From the NCBI GenBank assembly GCA_030668875.1, contig DAOVER010000072.1, positions 1 through 12,475 of the forward strand: a stretch of 12,475 bases of DNA, given 5' to 3'. Positions 1-7,989 of the stretch are shown one piece after another; within the stretch, counting starts at the first letter, position 1; each line of letters opens with the position of its first letter. The DNA comes from Candidatus Heimdallarchaeota archaeon (GTDB lineage: Archaea; Asgardarchaeota; Heimdallarchaeia; Heimdallarchaeales; Heimdallarchaeaceae). The translations under genes were made by a program, and so were the position numbers. The notes beneath the pieces are model-generated. The model was not told the DNA's origin. It made no database searches and worked only from the letters and a program-made list of their open reading frames with translations.

Positions 1-1
1 A

Positions 2-89
2 CCTCCGGCGCTATAAGGACTATTACAACTTCTTCCGCCCTCATCAAGGAATCAACCTCCAAACTCCAGGTGAAAGATTTATGAACCAA
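2..89 (-). CDS. 5' fragment of a gene running off the left edge; unidentified (weak Pcc1/KEOPS-like pattern)
   Basis: Minus-strand frame has no stop from ~170 to the edge and reads ...LVHKSFTWSLEVDSLMRAEEVVIVLIAPE. Candidate starts are TTG at 89 or ATG at 44, the latter with GGAGGT at 60-55. GC of 1-120 is ~44% by count, above the flanking spacer. Confidence 0.35.
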   Translation of the reverse strand, partial: MVHKSFTWSLEVDSLMRAEEVVIVLIAPE

Positions 90-194
90 TCTCCCAAAGA
101 TATCCTGCCCAAAAGTGTAACCGATCTTAGTTGAGTTAACAACTTGAAATTTTGTTAGAAAGTTTCTTAATTACTGAATCTTTAGTATTATTTG

Positions 195-1586
195 ATGTTT
201 ATTCAAAACTCTGAAGATCTATTAAAACTAACCCGAAATGATTCTGATAAAGAGGTTATGAATATACTCTTATCCTCAATTAACGATCTTCTAGTTTTTG
301 CACAACCTTCTACAATTATGTCTGATTCTATAATTTTTGATTCCAATACTCTTACAGTAAATAAGAACACAATCGATTTATCTTCCTACGAGAATTTTTA
401 TCTTATAGCTTTTGGAAAAGCTTCTCAAACAATGTCTAGTTGGATAATTGACAATTTTCCGCTGTCATTTTCGCGTATTATTATTGTAAGCCCCGATCAA
501 ACACATTCTAGATTTACTTATATGGCTTTTTGTCAGTGTTTCAGAGGGGGTCACCCTATCCCTAATGAACAGAGCGTGTTAGCAGCTGAAGAAGTTCTTA
601 AACTTCTGAAAACACTTACGAAAAGAGATCTTTGTTTCTTCCTTATATCAGGAGGAGGTAGCGCACTCCTTGAGTCCCCAGATTATAACATCTCTCTTCA
701 AGAATACAAACTATTACAGGAAAGTTTACTTTCTTGTGGTGCACCTATTCATGAAATCAATACTATAAGAAAACATTTCTCAAAAGTAAAAGGTGGTAAG
801 CTTGTATCTGTTTCAGACACCAACATAATTTCATTTATTATCTCAGATGTTATTGGTAATGATTCATCTTTCATAGCTTCTGGACCTACTGTACCTGATA
901 AAACCACATGGAAGGATTGTGAAACTATTTTTCAAAAATACGATCTTTTTCATGCTCTTCCTGAAGTATTTGGTCATCTTATTGGTCAAGGAGTAAATGA
1001 AACGATTAATGAAACACCTTCTGACCCATCATTATTTTCAACAACTCATAATTATGTGATAGGAGATAATGTGAAATTATTGGACTTCATTAAAGAAAAA
1101 CTTAGTTCAACCTATCCCGTAGAGATTTTAGATTATAGGATAAGTGGAGAAGCTAAGGTCATTGGAGATGAGCTAGCCAAGAAGGCTATTCACTACTATA
1201 CTGAAGCACAAGCACGCGCTGAAGGTTTATCCTTTCTTCTTTTTGGTGGAGAAACTACAGTTACCCTTTCACCTTCCGCTGGAGTTGGTGGAAGGAATCA
1301 AGAGCTCGCACTTTCGTTTATTTTGTCATCAAATGCTCATAAATCACTATTTCTGGCGAGTTTTGGAACAGATGGAATTGATGGTAATTCTAAAGCTGCA
1401 GGAGCTATTGTTGGACCATTTACTTTTACAAGTGAACAAATCAAGAACGATGCTAGCAAATCTCTCTCTTCAAATGATGCTAACAGTTTTCTCAAAAAAT
1501 ATGGTGGGGAGATTATAACAGGTTATACTGGGACAAATATGATGGATATTGGTATTATTTGTATATTGATGGAAGAACAATCTTAA
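195..1586 (+). CDS. gckA: Glycerate 2-kinase, MOFRL family (GckA/TtuD-like)
   Basis: Motifs AFGKAS, GGHPIP, LISGGGSALLE, INTIRKHFSKVKGGKL, ISDVIGND..IASGPT, GGETTV, GGRNQE, GTDGIDGNS.AAGA and C-terminal TG.TGTN..D. ORF track starts at TTG 192; in-frame ATG at 195 preferred. Confidence 0.93.
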   Translation: MFIQNSEDLLKLTRNDSDKEVMNILLSSINDLLVFAQPSTIMSDSIIFDSNTLTVNKNTIDLSSYENFYLIAFGKASQTMSSWIIDNFPLSFSRIIIVSPDQTHSRFTYMAFCQCFRGGHPIPNEQSVLAAEEVLKLLKTLTKRDLCFFLISGGGSALLESPDYNISLQEYKLLQESLLSCGAPIHEINTIRKHFSKVKGGKLVSVSDTNIISFIISDVIGNDSSFIASGPTVPDKTTWKDCETIFQKYDLFHALPEVFGHLIGQGVNETINETPSDPSLFSTTHNYVIGDNVKLLDFIKEKLSSTYPVEILDYRISGEAKVIGDELAKKAIHYYTEAQARAEGLSFLLFGGETTVTLSPSAGVGGRNQELALSFILSSNAHKSLFLASFGTDGIDGNSKAAGAIVGPFTFTSEQIKNDASKSLSSNDANSFLKKYGGEIITGYTGTNMMDIGIICILMEEQS

Positions 1587-2215
1587 TCATCAAGTCTCTT
1601 ATCCAATCTTGCTTCTAATTTCTTACCTTGAACTGCTACAAATAGATCTGATAAAGTTCTTTCAATTAAAATTCTTGCGGTATCTTTCTTTCTTCTGAAA
1701 TCTGATATTAGGTTTTTACCGCATTCAACTTGCATAAATGTTGCATAGAGTTCCTTCATTGTCTCATAGTATTCTTTTGCTTCTTCTACATCTCCTTCAA
1801 CTAATTTCTCCAAAATATATCTTCTCAATTCTCCAATAAGATCTGCAATCCCTAACAAGTAAGCAGCTTCTGTAACGTTAATTTGTTCATAATTTGGAAT
1901 CTTCCCTACAGTAAATAACTCGTTTAGTAATTTAGCTTCTGCGTATTCCTGCATAGCTGTATTGATTATACCTAGACGATAATTTCCTTTTTGATCGCTT
2001 TGCAACTCGTTAACTACTTTGAGAGCTTCTTCTGCTTCTTCTATCTTACTTCTCGCCTTCTCAAACTGCTTTCTATGGAAATTTTCAATGCTTTGACCCG
2101 AGCATTTCAAGATTGTTCTTGATAAACTCATTAAATCTTCTCGCGCCTTATCACTTTCAACAAGTATTTTTTCAATTTTTGAAGCTATATCTTGGAAATT
2201 TGACATATCTACCAT
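1583..2215 (-). CDS. Translin/TRAX (C3PO) family RNA-binding endoribonuclease
   Basis: All-helical 210 aa with QEYAEA (E90, E93), YLLGIADLIGELRR (D125, E129) and RRKKD..R..IERT, characteristic of archaeal translin/TRAX proteins. Confidence 0.88.
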   Translation of the reverse strand: MVDMSNFQDIASKIEKILVESDKAREDLMSLSRTILKCSGQSIENFHRKQFEKARSKIEEAEEALKVVNELQSDQKGNYRLGIINTAMQEYAEAKLLNELFTVGKIPNYEQINVTEAAYLLGIADLIGELRRYILEKLVEGDVEEAKEYYETMKELYATFMQVECGKNLISDFRRKKDTARILIERTLSDLFVAVQGKKLEARLDKRLDD

Positions 2216-2361
2216 TATTCTCAGTGTTATTTTTCGCTTCCTTTCAAATATGTTGTGATTTTAATCTTAACAGATAGAACAAAAAATTAATATGAGGTTT
2301 GTTTTCGTTATCCGAAAGTATAAGGAAGATAATTATGTTTCTTACGTACTACGCCAAAATA

Positions 2362-3408
2362 ATGGAAGAAGTCAATGGCTCATTAAAATCGCTTATGAAG
2401 GATCAGTTAGATTCTGTTAAGGATAATTCTTTTTTACAGTTCTTTTATAATAAAATAGAGGAATTCCTTTTTTCTGGAGGTAAGAGAATTCGTCCTGTCA
2501 TGATGATAACTGCATTTTCTGCTGTTGACTCAAGCAAAGAAATAGAAGCTGCTGTAAGATCTTCACTATCATTAGAATTAATTCATAATGCTAGTTTAAT
2601 ACATGATGATATCATGGATAATGCTGATACCCGTAGAGGAAAACAAGCTTTTCATAAAGTATTTCATGATTATGCTGAGAACAATCATAATGATGCAAAT
2701 ATGAACTATGATAATTATGGTCAGTCCATGGGTATTTTAGGAGGAGATTATGCTTACAATCTTGCTTATAGAGCTATTCATAATGATGGTTTTTCTCCAG
2801 ATGTTACTTTAAGGGCAGCACAAGAATTCAATATTGGTTTCCTTAAAATTGTTCAAGGTGTAATATTTGAATCAGACCTTATGGGGCGTAATAATGTCAC
2901 AGAGGAAGAATACACTGAAATGATAAGAGGAAAAACAGCTGCACTGTTTGAAAAATCAGCTCGACTTGGTGCGATTTTAGCTGAAGGTTCAGTCTCTCAA
3001 ATAGAAAATCTAGGTGATTTTGCTTTAAATGCAGGAATTGCTTTCCAACTTGTAGATGATGTTATAGGAACTTTCGGCGATCATAAGAAAACTGGTAAAC
3101 CTGTTGACAGTGATATAAAAGAAGGTAAGAAAACAATTCTAGTAATCAAAGCCTTCGAAAATGCAAGTGTTGAACAACAATCAATTCTTAATAGAATCTT
3201 AGGGGATCGAGAATCTAAAGCAACTGATGTTGAGAAAGTTAGAGAAATAATGAGACAAACTGGAGCTTTATCTTATGCTCAGAACCTTGCTGAAGAACTA
3301 TTTCAATTGAGCAAATCATTTTTAGAAAATCTGGAACCACCCCTTAACCAACCTTACAAGGATTATCTGATAAACATTGCAAAGATGGGTGTTTATAGGG
3401 AAAAGTGA
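2362..3408 (+). CDS. trans-Polyprenyl diphosphate synthase (archaeal GGPPS-like scaffold; product length uncertain)
   Basis: GGKRIRP, FARM ELIHNASLIHDDIMD..DTRRG, GILGGD, KTAALF, SARM FQLVDDVIG, GKPVDSDIKEGKKT. ORF opens at TTG 2299; ATG 2335 or 2362 is more likely (TATAAG at 2319-2324). Confidence 0.93.
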   Translation: MEEVNGSLKSLMKDQLDSVKDNSFLQFFYNKIEEFLFSGGKRIRPVMMITAFSAVDSSKEIEAAVRSSLSLELIHNASLIHDDIMDNADTRRGKQAFHKVFHDYAENNHNDANMNYDNYGQSMGILGGDYAYNLAYRAIHNDGFSPDVTLRAAQEFNIGFLKIVQGVIFESDLMGRNNVTEEEYTEMIRGKTAALFEKSARLGAILAEGSVSQIENLGDFALNAGIAFQLVDDVIGTFGDHKKTGKPVDSDIKEGKKTILVIKAFENASVEQQSILNRILGDRESKATDVEKVREIMRQTGALSYAQNLAEELFQLSKSFLENLEPPLNQPYKDYLINIAKMGVYREK

Positions 3409-4209
3409 GTGAAAATCATGATTCTACCAACTGCTGAAATTGTCTGTTTGGGCAATGAATTACTAATAGGTGTAACAATAAATACAAATGGAGCATTCAT
3501 TGGAGAAAAACTCACAAAATTAGGTTATGAAGTTCGAAGGACAACTTGTATTAGAGATAATCTTGAATTAGCCTCTGCATTTCTCAAAGAAGTTTTTACA
3601 AGAAAACCCGACGTAATAATAGTTTCTGGTGGTCTTGGACCAACGTATGATGACATTCAGATTGAAGTATTAGGAAAAGCACTTGAGGTTCCTTTGATTG
3701 AAAATGAGCAAGCTTTGAACCAATTAGAAGAATATTATGGGAGATGGAATTTCAAATTATCCAAAGAGAGAAGAAAGATGGCTCTCTTCCCAAAAGGAGC
3801 TACTATTTTAAATAATCGAGTAGGTGGTGCGCCAGGATGCCATCTACGATATGATGAAATGGATATTTTCTCCGTTCCAGGTGTCCCTACCGAAATGGAA
3901 GATATTCTACTCAACCATATAATTCCTATTCTTGGGAAAAAGGTTGAAAACTCTCTATTTGAGTTGAAATTTCAAATATTAAATTGTAGTGAAAGTGAAA
4001 TTGCTTCGTGCATAAATGATGTTAAAACACATTTTCCTGATCTCTATATCAAATCTCATCCAGCTTATAAGGATAAGATGGGAATCGTTATTCACCTATC
4101 TGGATATGGTGAAACAGCTGAAAGTAATATCTATAAAGCTAAAGAGGAATTGACAAAACTCTTTAAAATCAAAGCACCCTCTCTAATAATTAAGGATTTT
4201 AAGGACTAG
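3409..4209 (+). CDS. CinA-like protein, N-terminal molybdopterin-binding-fold (COG1058) domain without the NMN-deamidase domain
   Basis: AEIVCLGNELLIG..INTN, IIVSGGLGPTYDD, GGAPG, VPGVPTEM and C-terminal YIKSHP. At 266 aa it is too short to carry the CinA C-terminal deamidase. GTG abuts the upstream TGA; alternative ATG at 3418. Confidence 0.88.
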   Translation: MKIMILPTAEIVCLGNELLIGVTINTNGAFIGEKLTKLGYEVRRTTCIRDNLELASAFLKEVFTRKPDVIIVSGGLGPTYDDIQIEVLGKALEVPLIENEQALNQLEEYYGRWNFKLSKERRKMALFPKGATILNNRVGGAPGCHLRYDEMDIFSVPGVPTEMEDILLNHIIPILGKKVENSLFELKFQILNCSESEIASCINDVKTHFPDLYIKSHPAYKDKMGIVIHLSGYGETAESNIYKAKEELTKLFKIKAPSLIIKDFKD

Positions 4210-4215
4210 AAAACA

Positions 4216-4995
4216 ATGGCAAAAAGATATTATACTATTTTCTTGTTGGGAACAGCCGGGAGCGGAAAAACGGTTTTAACGAGAACTCTTCTAGATTGGT
4301 TTGATCAGAAAAAATTAGATGTTGCTGTTCTTAATCTGGATGCTGGAGTTAAGAGATTACCTTACAATCCAGATATTGACGTAAGAGATATTGTTAACAT
4401 TGACAACTTAATGGATAAACTTAACTTAGGTCCAAATGGTGCAATGATTGCCAGTATGGATCTTATTGCAACTAAAATCGATACGATAAAAGATGAAATT
4501 GATTATATTGAACCTGAGTACCTTATTGTAGATACTCCTGGTCAGATTGAGCTATTTGCATACAGAAGTAGCGGCAGATTAGTTTCTTCAGTTATTGCAG
4601 AGCATAGTCAACCAACATCAGTTTTCCTTATAGACCCGTCACTTGCACTTAAACCTGAAGGATTTTCCAGCGTACTCCTTCTGAGTATATCAGTCGCATT
4701 TCAGCTAGCTCTTCCACAAATTATCGCTATTTCTAAAGAAGATATCATTGAAAAAGAGCAAATGGAGAACCTTGAAAAGTGGATTGATTCACCTGAAACT
4801 TTAATCACCGATATACACACATCGTCTCAGGTTTCCATGTCACAACAGTTAGGGTTGAGCATTGTAGATATACTTAATCAATTTAAAGTCACAGGGGACT
4901 TGTTCCCAATCAGTTCTAACACAGGTTACAATATTGATACTCTGATTGCTTTGATGGAAAGAAACTGGGGACAAAGAGATGATTTCTACGAATAA
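4216..4995 (+). CDS. GPN-loop GTPase (PAB0955/GPN1-3 family, ATP_bind_1)
   Basis: G1 GTAGSGKT, NLDAGV..LPY.PDIDVR, signature LGPNG, G3 DTPGQIE, G4-like ISKED, G5-like PISS. Confidence 0.94.
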   Translation: MAKRYYTIFLLGTAGSGKTVLTRTLLDWFDQKKLDVAVLNLDAGVKRLPYNPDIDVRDIVNIDNLMDKLNLGPNGAMIASMDLIATKIDTIKDEIDYIEPEYLIVDTPGQIELFAYRSSGRLVSSVIAEHSQPTSVFLIDPSLALKPEGFSSVLLLSISVAFQLALPQIIAISKEDIIEKEQMENLEKWIDSPETLITDIHTSSQVSMSQQLGLSIVDILNQFKVTGDLFPISSNTGYNIDTLIALMERNWGQRDDFYE

Positions 4996-5001
4996 ATGGA
5001 C

Positions 5002-5038
5002 TGGTTAATTATTGACCAAATCTTCTTTGTCTTCTTTG
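5002..5038 (+). terminator. Candidate hairpin plus U-rich terminator of the prenyl synthase-cinA-GPN unit
   Basis: TGGTTAA-TTA-TTGACCA (7-bp stem with one G:U) 6 nt after the GTPase stop, followed by ATCTTCTTTGTCTTCTTT. It overlaps the uppS stop, so it may partly reflect coding constraint. Confidence 0.3.
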
Positions 5039-5779
5039 AAAAGTGCGTACAGCTCTCCACAAATCTATTTTTCTAAAAAGAGGCCAATGGACGTCAACAA
5101 AATAATATTCAGAATAAGCAGATTGCCATAATAAGAATCCAGAAAGTCTTTCTTCTCCTGATGTACGAATAACTAAATCAGGATCAGCTATATCCTCAGT
5201 GTAAAGATGACTACTAATTAACTCTTCATCTAACTTGTTTAAATCAATTTGACCAGCTTCTGCCTTCTGCAGAATTAATTTGAGAGCATCTACAATCTCA
5301 GCTCTCCCACCATAAGCCATACAGACATTAAGTCTATATTTGTTAAATTTCAAGGTCTCCTCCTCAGTTATTTTTATCTCCTCTTGGACTTTGCTAGGTA
5401 GCATTTGTGTTCGTCCTAAAATTTTTACTTGTACTTCATTTTTAGTTATCCTAGGATCCTCTCGAATTTTAATTAAATATTTTTGAGCTAGTTTCATAAT
5501 TGACTCAACTTGATCTTTAGGACGAGAAAAGTTTTCAGTTGAGAATACCCAACATGTAACAACCTTGACACCTAGATCCCAACACCATCCTAACACATCC
5601 TCAAGTTTTTGGGCGCCTAGATGGTACCCATCTTCATAGTTCAAACCTAAAATCTTACTGGCTCTCCGATTTCCATCTAAAATAATTCCAATGTGATTTG
5701 GGACAGGTTTATTTTTGATTTCAGAAAATAGTTTTTTTTCGTAGATTCTATAAAGGAATTTTGGTATTAGCCAATGCAT
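5009..5779 (-). CDS. uppS: cis-Prenyltransferase (undecaprenyl/dehydrodolichyl diphosphate synthase, archaeal UppS)
   Basis: HIGIILDGNRR, FSTENFSRP, AYGGRAEI, PDLVIRTSGEERLSGFLLWQSAYSE and C-terminal RRFG. AGGTG SD-like motif at 5789-5785. Confidence 0.96.
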   Translation of the reverse strand: MHWLIPKFLYRIYEKKLFSEIKNKPVPNHIGIILDGNRRASKILGLNYEDGYHLGAQKLEDVLGWCWDLGVKVVTCWVFSTENFSRPKDQVESIMKLAQKYLIKIREDPRITKNEVQVKILGRTQMLPSKVQEEIKITEEETLKFNKYRLNVCMAYGGRAEIVDALKLILQKAEAGQIDLNKLDEELISSHLYTEDIADPDLVIRTSGEERLSGFLLWQSAYSEYYFVDVHWPLFRKIDLWRAVRTFQRRQRRFGQ

Positions 5780-5941
5780 GATTACACCTGAGTTATTATT
5801 GTAGTTGTCACACTATTTCTAATGGTATATATTATTATATTTATTTCAATCTGTTCATTACAGAAATTGGACTATGGTTTAATTAAACATCATGAATCAT
5901 TCGTATAATTCAATGTTTCTCTCTCGTTTTACTTAATTGGT

Positions 5942-5960
5942 AAACGAACACATATATATT
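5942..5960 (+). promoter_or_regulatory. Candidate BRE/TATA promoter for the NYN-domain gene
   Basis: AAACGAAC followed by TATATATT (5953-5960), ending 25 nt before ATG 5986, typical spacing for a leaderless archaeal transcript. Confidence 0.4.
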
Positions 5961-5985
5961 ACAAAATTTTATGTGTTTTGTAGCA

Positions 5986-6444
5986 ATGACTGAACGAGTG
6001 TTAAACATTTTAAGGCGACAAGGTAAGCGAGTACATTGTTTGTTTGATGGAGACCTGATTAATAATCTATCCTCTTCACAGGTCAAATTGCTTATAGAAC
6101 AAATAGAGGAAATTGGGAGTGTGAGAAAGAATCTTGCTATTTTTGATTATCAGTTAAAACCAGAAAAATTTGATCTTTACATAAGTAGCGGAATCTCTCC
6201 TATGATTGTTCCTTCAGATAAAGATGTTTATCTGGCTTTAGAGTGCTTAGATGTTATTAATAACCAACAAACAGATATTTTATGTGTGGGAGTTAGCGAC
6301 GAGTCAATGTTACCAATCTTAGTTAAAGCTAGAGAAAAAGGCGAAATATTGTTGATAGGTCAAACAAAAGAAAGCGTAAAGAATTACATGCCGTATATTG
6401 ATTATCTCATTACTATAAATGATATCGCGGAAAATACTACCTAA
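5986..6444 (+). CDS. NYN/LabA (PIN-like) domain protein, TIGR00288-like, with a degenerate active site
   Basis: HCLFDG at the N-terminal strand, DKDVYLALE, CVGVSDESMLPILVKAREKG..LLIG and ID.LITI mirror NYN motifs (DGxN; D-V-x-L-A; D-x-D-F-x-P-L-x-x-x-A-x-x-x-G). ORF track starts at 5971; ATG 5986 preferred. Confidence 0.72.
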   Translation: MTERVLNILRRQGKRVHCLFDGDLINNLSSSQVKLLIEQIEEIGSVRKNLAIFDYQLKPEKFDLYISSGISPMIVPSDKDVYLALECLDVINNQQTDILCVGVSDESMLPILVKAREKGEILLIGQTKESVKNYMPYIDYLITINDIAENTT

Positions 6445-6469
6445 ATGTCTTGTGTTTGTATTTTCGTTC
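6445..6469 (+). terminator. U-rich archaeal-type terminator candidate
   Basis: ATGTCTTGTGTTTGTATTTTCGTTC fills the 25-nt gap between convergent stops. Confidence 0.3.
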
Positions 6470-7378
6470 TTAGATCATACCCTTTTCAACAAGCAATCTG
6501 AATTCATCCATTGATAAGTTCTCTCCTCTTTCATACTTCTCAAAAGCTTTTTCTGTATTTTCTTCAAGATTGCTTCTTATTTTATCCTGCATTTTTTTGC
6601 GTACTTTTTTCTGAATTTCTTTAAATTCTTTTTTCAATTCATTCTTTTCTGAAACAGTGCTTAGGAATTCTTTGTGATGAATATCTGCAATCCTTTTACT
6701 GTCAAGAAACTCTTTATGAAAATCATTAGCTCTTTTCCGAAGAACATTAACTTGTTGGAAGAATTGATTCATTAAATTATGAAAAATTTGTGATTCTTTG
6801 GCTGAATCTATTATTTTGACATGTAGATAATTTATCTGTTTTTGAATACTTGAAATCTCTCTCCATAATTGTGTTTGAGAGATTGTTACATGAACATCAG
6901 TAGCAAGTTTATTAATATTTTCTGATAGTTTTTCCAGGTTCTGAATCATTTCCTTTTCTTTGTCAGCACTTAATATGCTTGTTTGAAGATTCCATTCCAA
7001 CTTATCAACTTTCTCGGTAAGATCTCTCATTAACCTTCTTTTCTTTCTAACATCTCCCTGTTTGACATTTTCTTCTTTTTTAGTCAATTCTTCCATTAGG
7101 GTTTTTTTCTCTTGCAGATCTTCTTGAAACTTCTTTCTTTTTTCTTTGGATTCCTTTACTTGTATGTTTAATTCATCGCGCTTGGCCATATGTTCTTTTG
7201 CTTTAACAAGTAATTCATTCATCTCTAGATTAATTTCGTTTCTTTGAGTTAACGCTTCTTTTGTTATTTTATTATGCTCGTCTCTCTTCTTTCGAAGACG
7301 ACTGATAGTTTCTTCCAATCTACCTAAGTTAACAGCTACTTCTTCAGTATTACTTGGGTTAATTTTTGTTATGTCCAT
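6470..7378 (-). CDS. Conserved archaeal coiled-coil protein (COG1340-like)
   Basis: Continuous K/E-rich heptads, LEWNLQTSIL...KEKEMI, H..I...A.ESQ.FH, AD..HKEF, and C-terminal EKAFEKYERGENLSMDEFRLL typical of this family. Confidence 0.8.
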   Translation of the reverse strand: MDITKINPSNTEEVAVNLGRLEETISRLRKKRDEHNKITKEALTQRNEINLEMNELLVKAKEHMAKRDELNIQVKESKEKRKKFQEDLQEKKTLMEELTKKEENVKQGDVRKKRRLMRDLTEKVDKLEWNLQTSILSADKEKEMIQNLEKLSENINKLATDVHVTISQTQLWREISSIQKQINYLHVKIIDSAKESQIFHNLMNQFFQQVNVLRKRANDFHKEFLDSKRIADIHHKEFLSTVSEKNELKKEFKEIQKKVRKKMQDKIRSNLEENTEKAFEKYERGENLSMDEFRLLVEKGMI

Positions 7379-7435
7379 AAATTCAGCCTATCTCTGAAAA
7401 AGAAGTAGTTCTTAAAGATTTTTCGCAATAAGAGT

Positions 7436-7443
7436 TTTATAAA
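7436..7443 (-). promoter_or_regulatory. Candidate TATA box for the COG1340-like gene
   Basis: TTTATAAA, 57 nt upstream of ATG 7378. Confidence 0.35.
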
Positions 7444-7473
7444 CAATCTGTATAGATTTATCTTTAACGATGT

Positions 7474-7508
7474 AAAAATGAAGAAAGCTCGAAAAGTGAG
7501 GAAAAAAC
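7474..7508 (-). terminator. U-tract terminator candidate after the roadblock gene
   Basis: Minus strand reads TTTTTTCCTCACTTTTCGAGCTTTCTTCATTTTT right after the stop at 7512, i.e. several consecutive U tracts. Confidence 0.4.
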
Positions 7509-7511
7509 CAT

Positions 7512-7901
7512 TTAGCTTAGTTGTCTTTCAACCTCTTGAGCTGCACGAGCCATATCTAAGAATACAAGACCTAGTTTTGCTTCTTTTCTTGCTGATACTG
7601 TTAAAACAGCGTTCTGACCAGCTGCAGTGGTTATTATGTAACCATAAAGTCCTTCAATGAAGATTTTCTCTAATTCTCCTCTTTGCATTTCTTGAGCAAC
7701 TCTCTCTCCTAATGATAACATTGCTGCAGTCATAGCTGCCAATCTTGCTTCTTCAATTTCTTGAGGTAACACTGATGCTATTGGTAATCCTTCTATTGAT
7801 ACAATTGCAGCGCTTTCAATTTCTGGAACTTTTATCTTCAAATCAGTTAACGTAGTCTTCAATTCGCTTGTTTTATTCTCAAAAGTTATTCCGAATGCCA
7901 T
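7512..7901 (-). CDS. Roadblock/LC7 (MglB-like) domain protein
   Basis: VPEIESAAIVSIEGLPIAS, LAAMTAAMLSLGERVAQE..RGEL, EG..GYII....G.NAVLTV.A..EAKLGLVFLD is a textbook roadblock pattern. AGGT SD-like motif upstream. Confidence 0.95.
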   Translation of the reverse strand: MAFGITFENKTSELKTTLTDLKIKVPEIESAAIVSIEGLPIASVLPQEIEEARLAAMTAAMLSLGERVAQEMQRGELEKIFIEGLYGYIITTAAGQNAVLTVSARKEAKLGLVFLDMARAAQEVERQLS

Positions 7902-7936
7902 TTGGATTACCTGTTTAATTATGTGGTCTCATTACA

Positions 7937-7944
7937 ATTATAAA
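7937..7944 (-). promoter_or_regulatory. Candidate TATA box for the roadblock gene
   Basis: TTTATAAT on the minus strand, 35 nt upstream of ATG 7901, implying a short leader that contains the AGGT motif. Confidence 0.4.
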
Positions 7945-7989
7945 TACAGCTATTACTGGTACGTCCTTCTCAACATTACTTTTAAATTT

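Noticed and set aside
1-60. ACCTCC at 1-6 and 55-60 as a 16S rRNA 3' end or direct repeat
   Set aside because: No rRNA-like context; better explained as a minus-strand SD (GGAGGT) and coding sequence.
1243-1518. 91-aa + ORF in the track
   Set aside because: Out-of-frame shadow entirely inside the well-supported glycerate kinase gene; no motif.
5822-5908. 28-aa + ORF MVYIIIFISICSLQ...
   Set aside because: Sits in an AT-rich divergent promoter spacer; hydrophobicity follows from T-richness; no SD or other support.
7478-7660. 60-aa + ORF (basic N-terminus, Leu-rich stretch)
   Set aside because: Antisense to the roadblock gene and its U-tract terminator; the composition is explained by the opposite strand.
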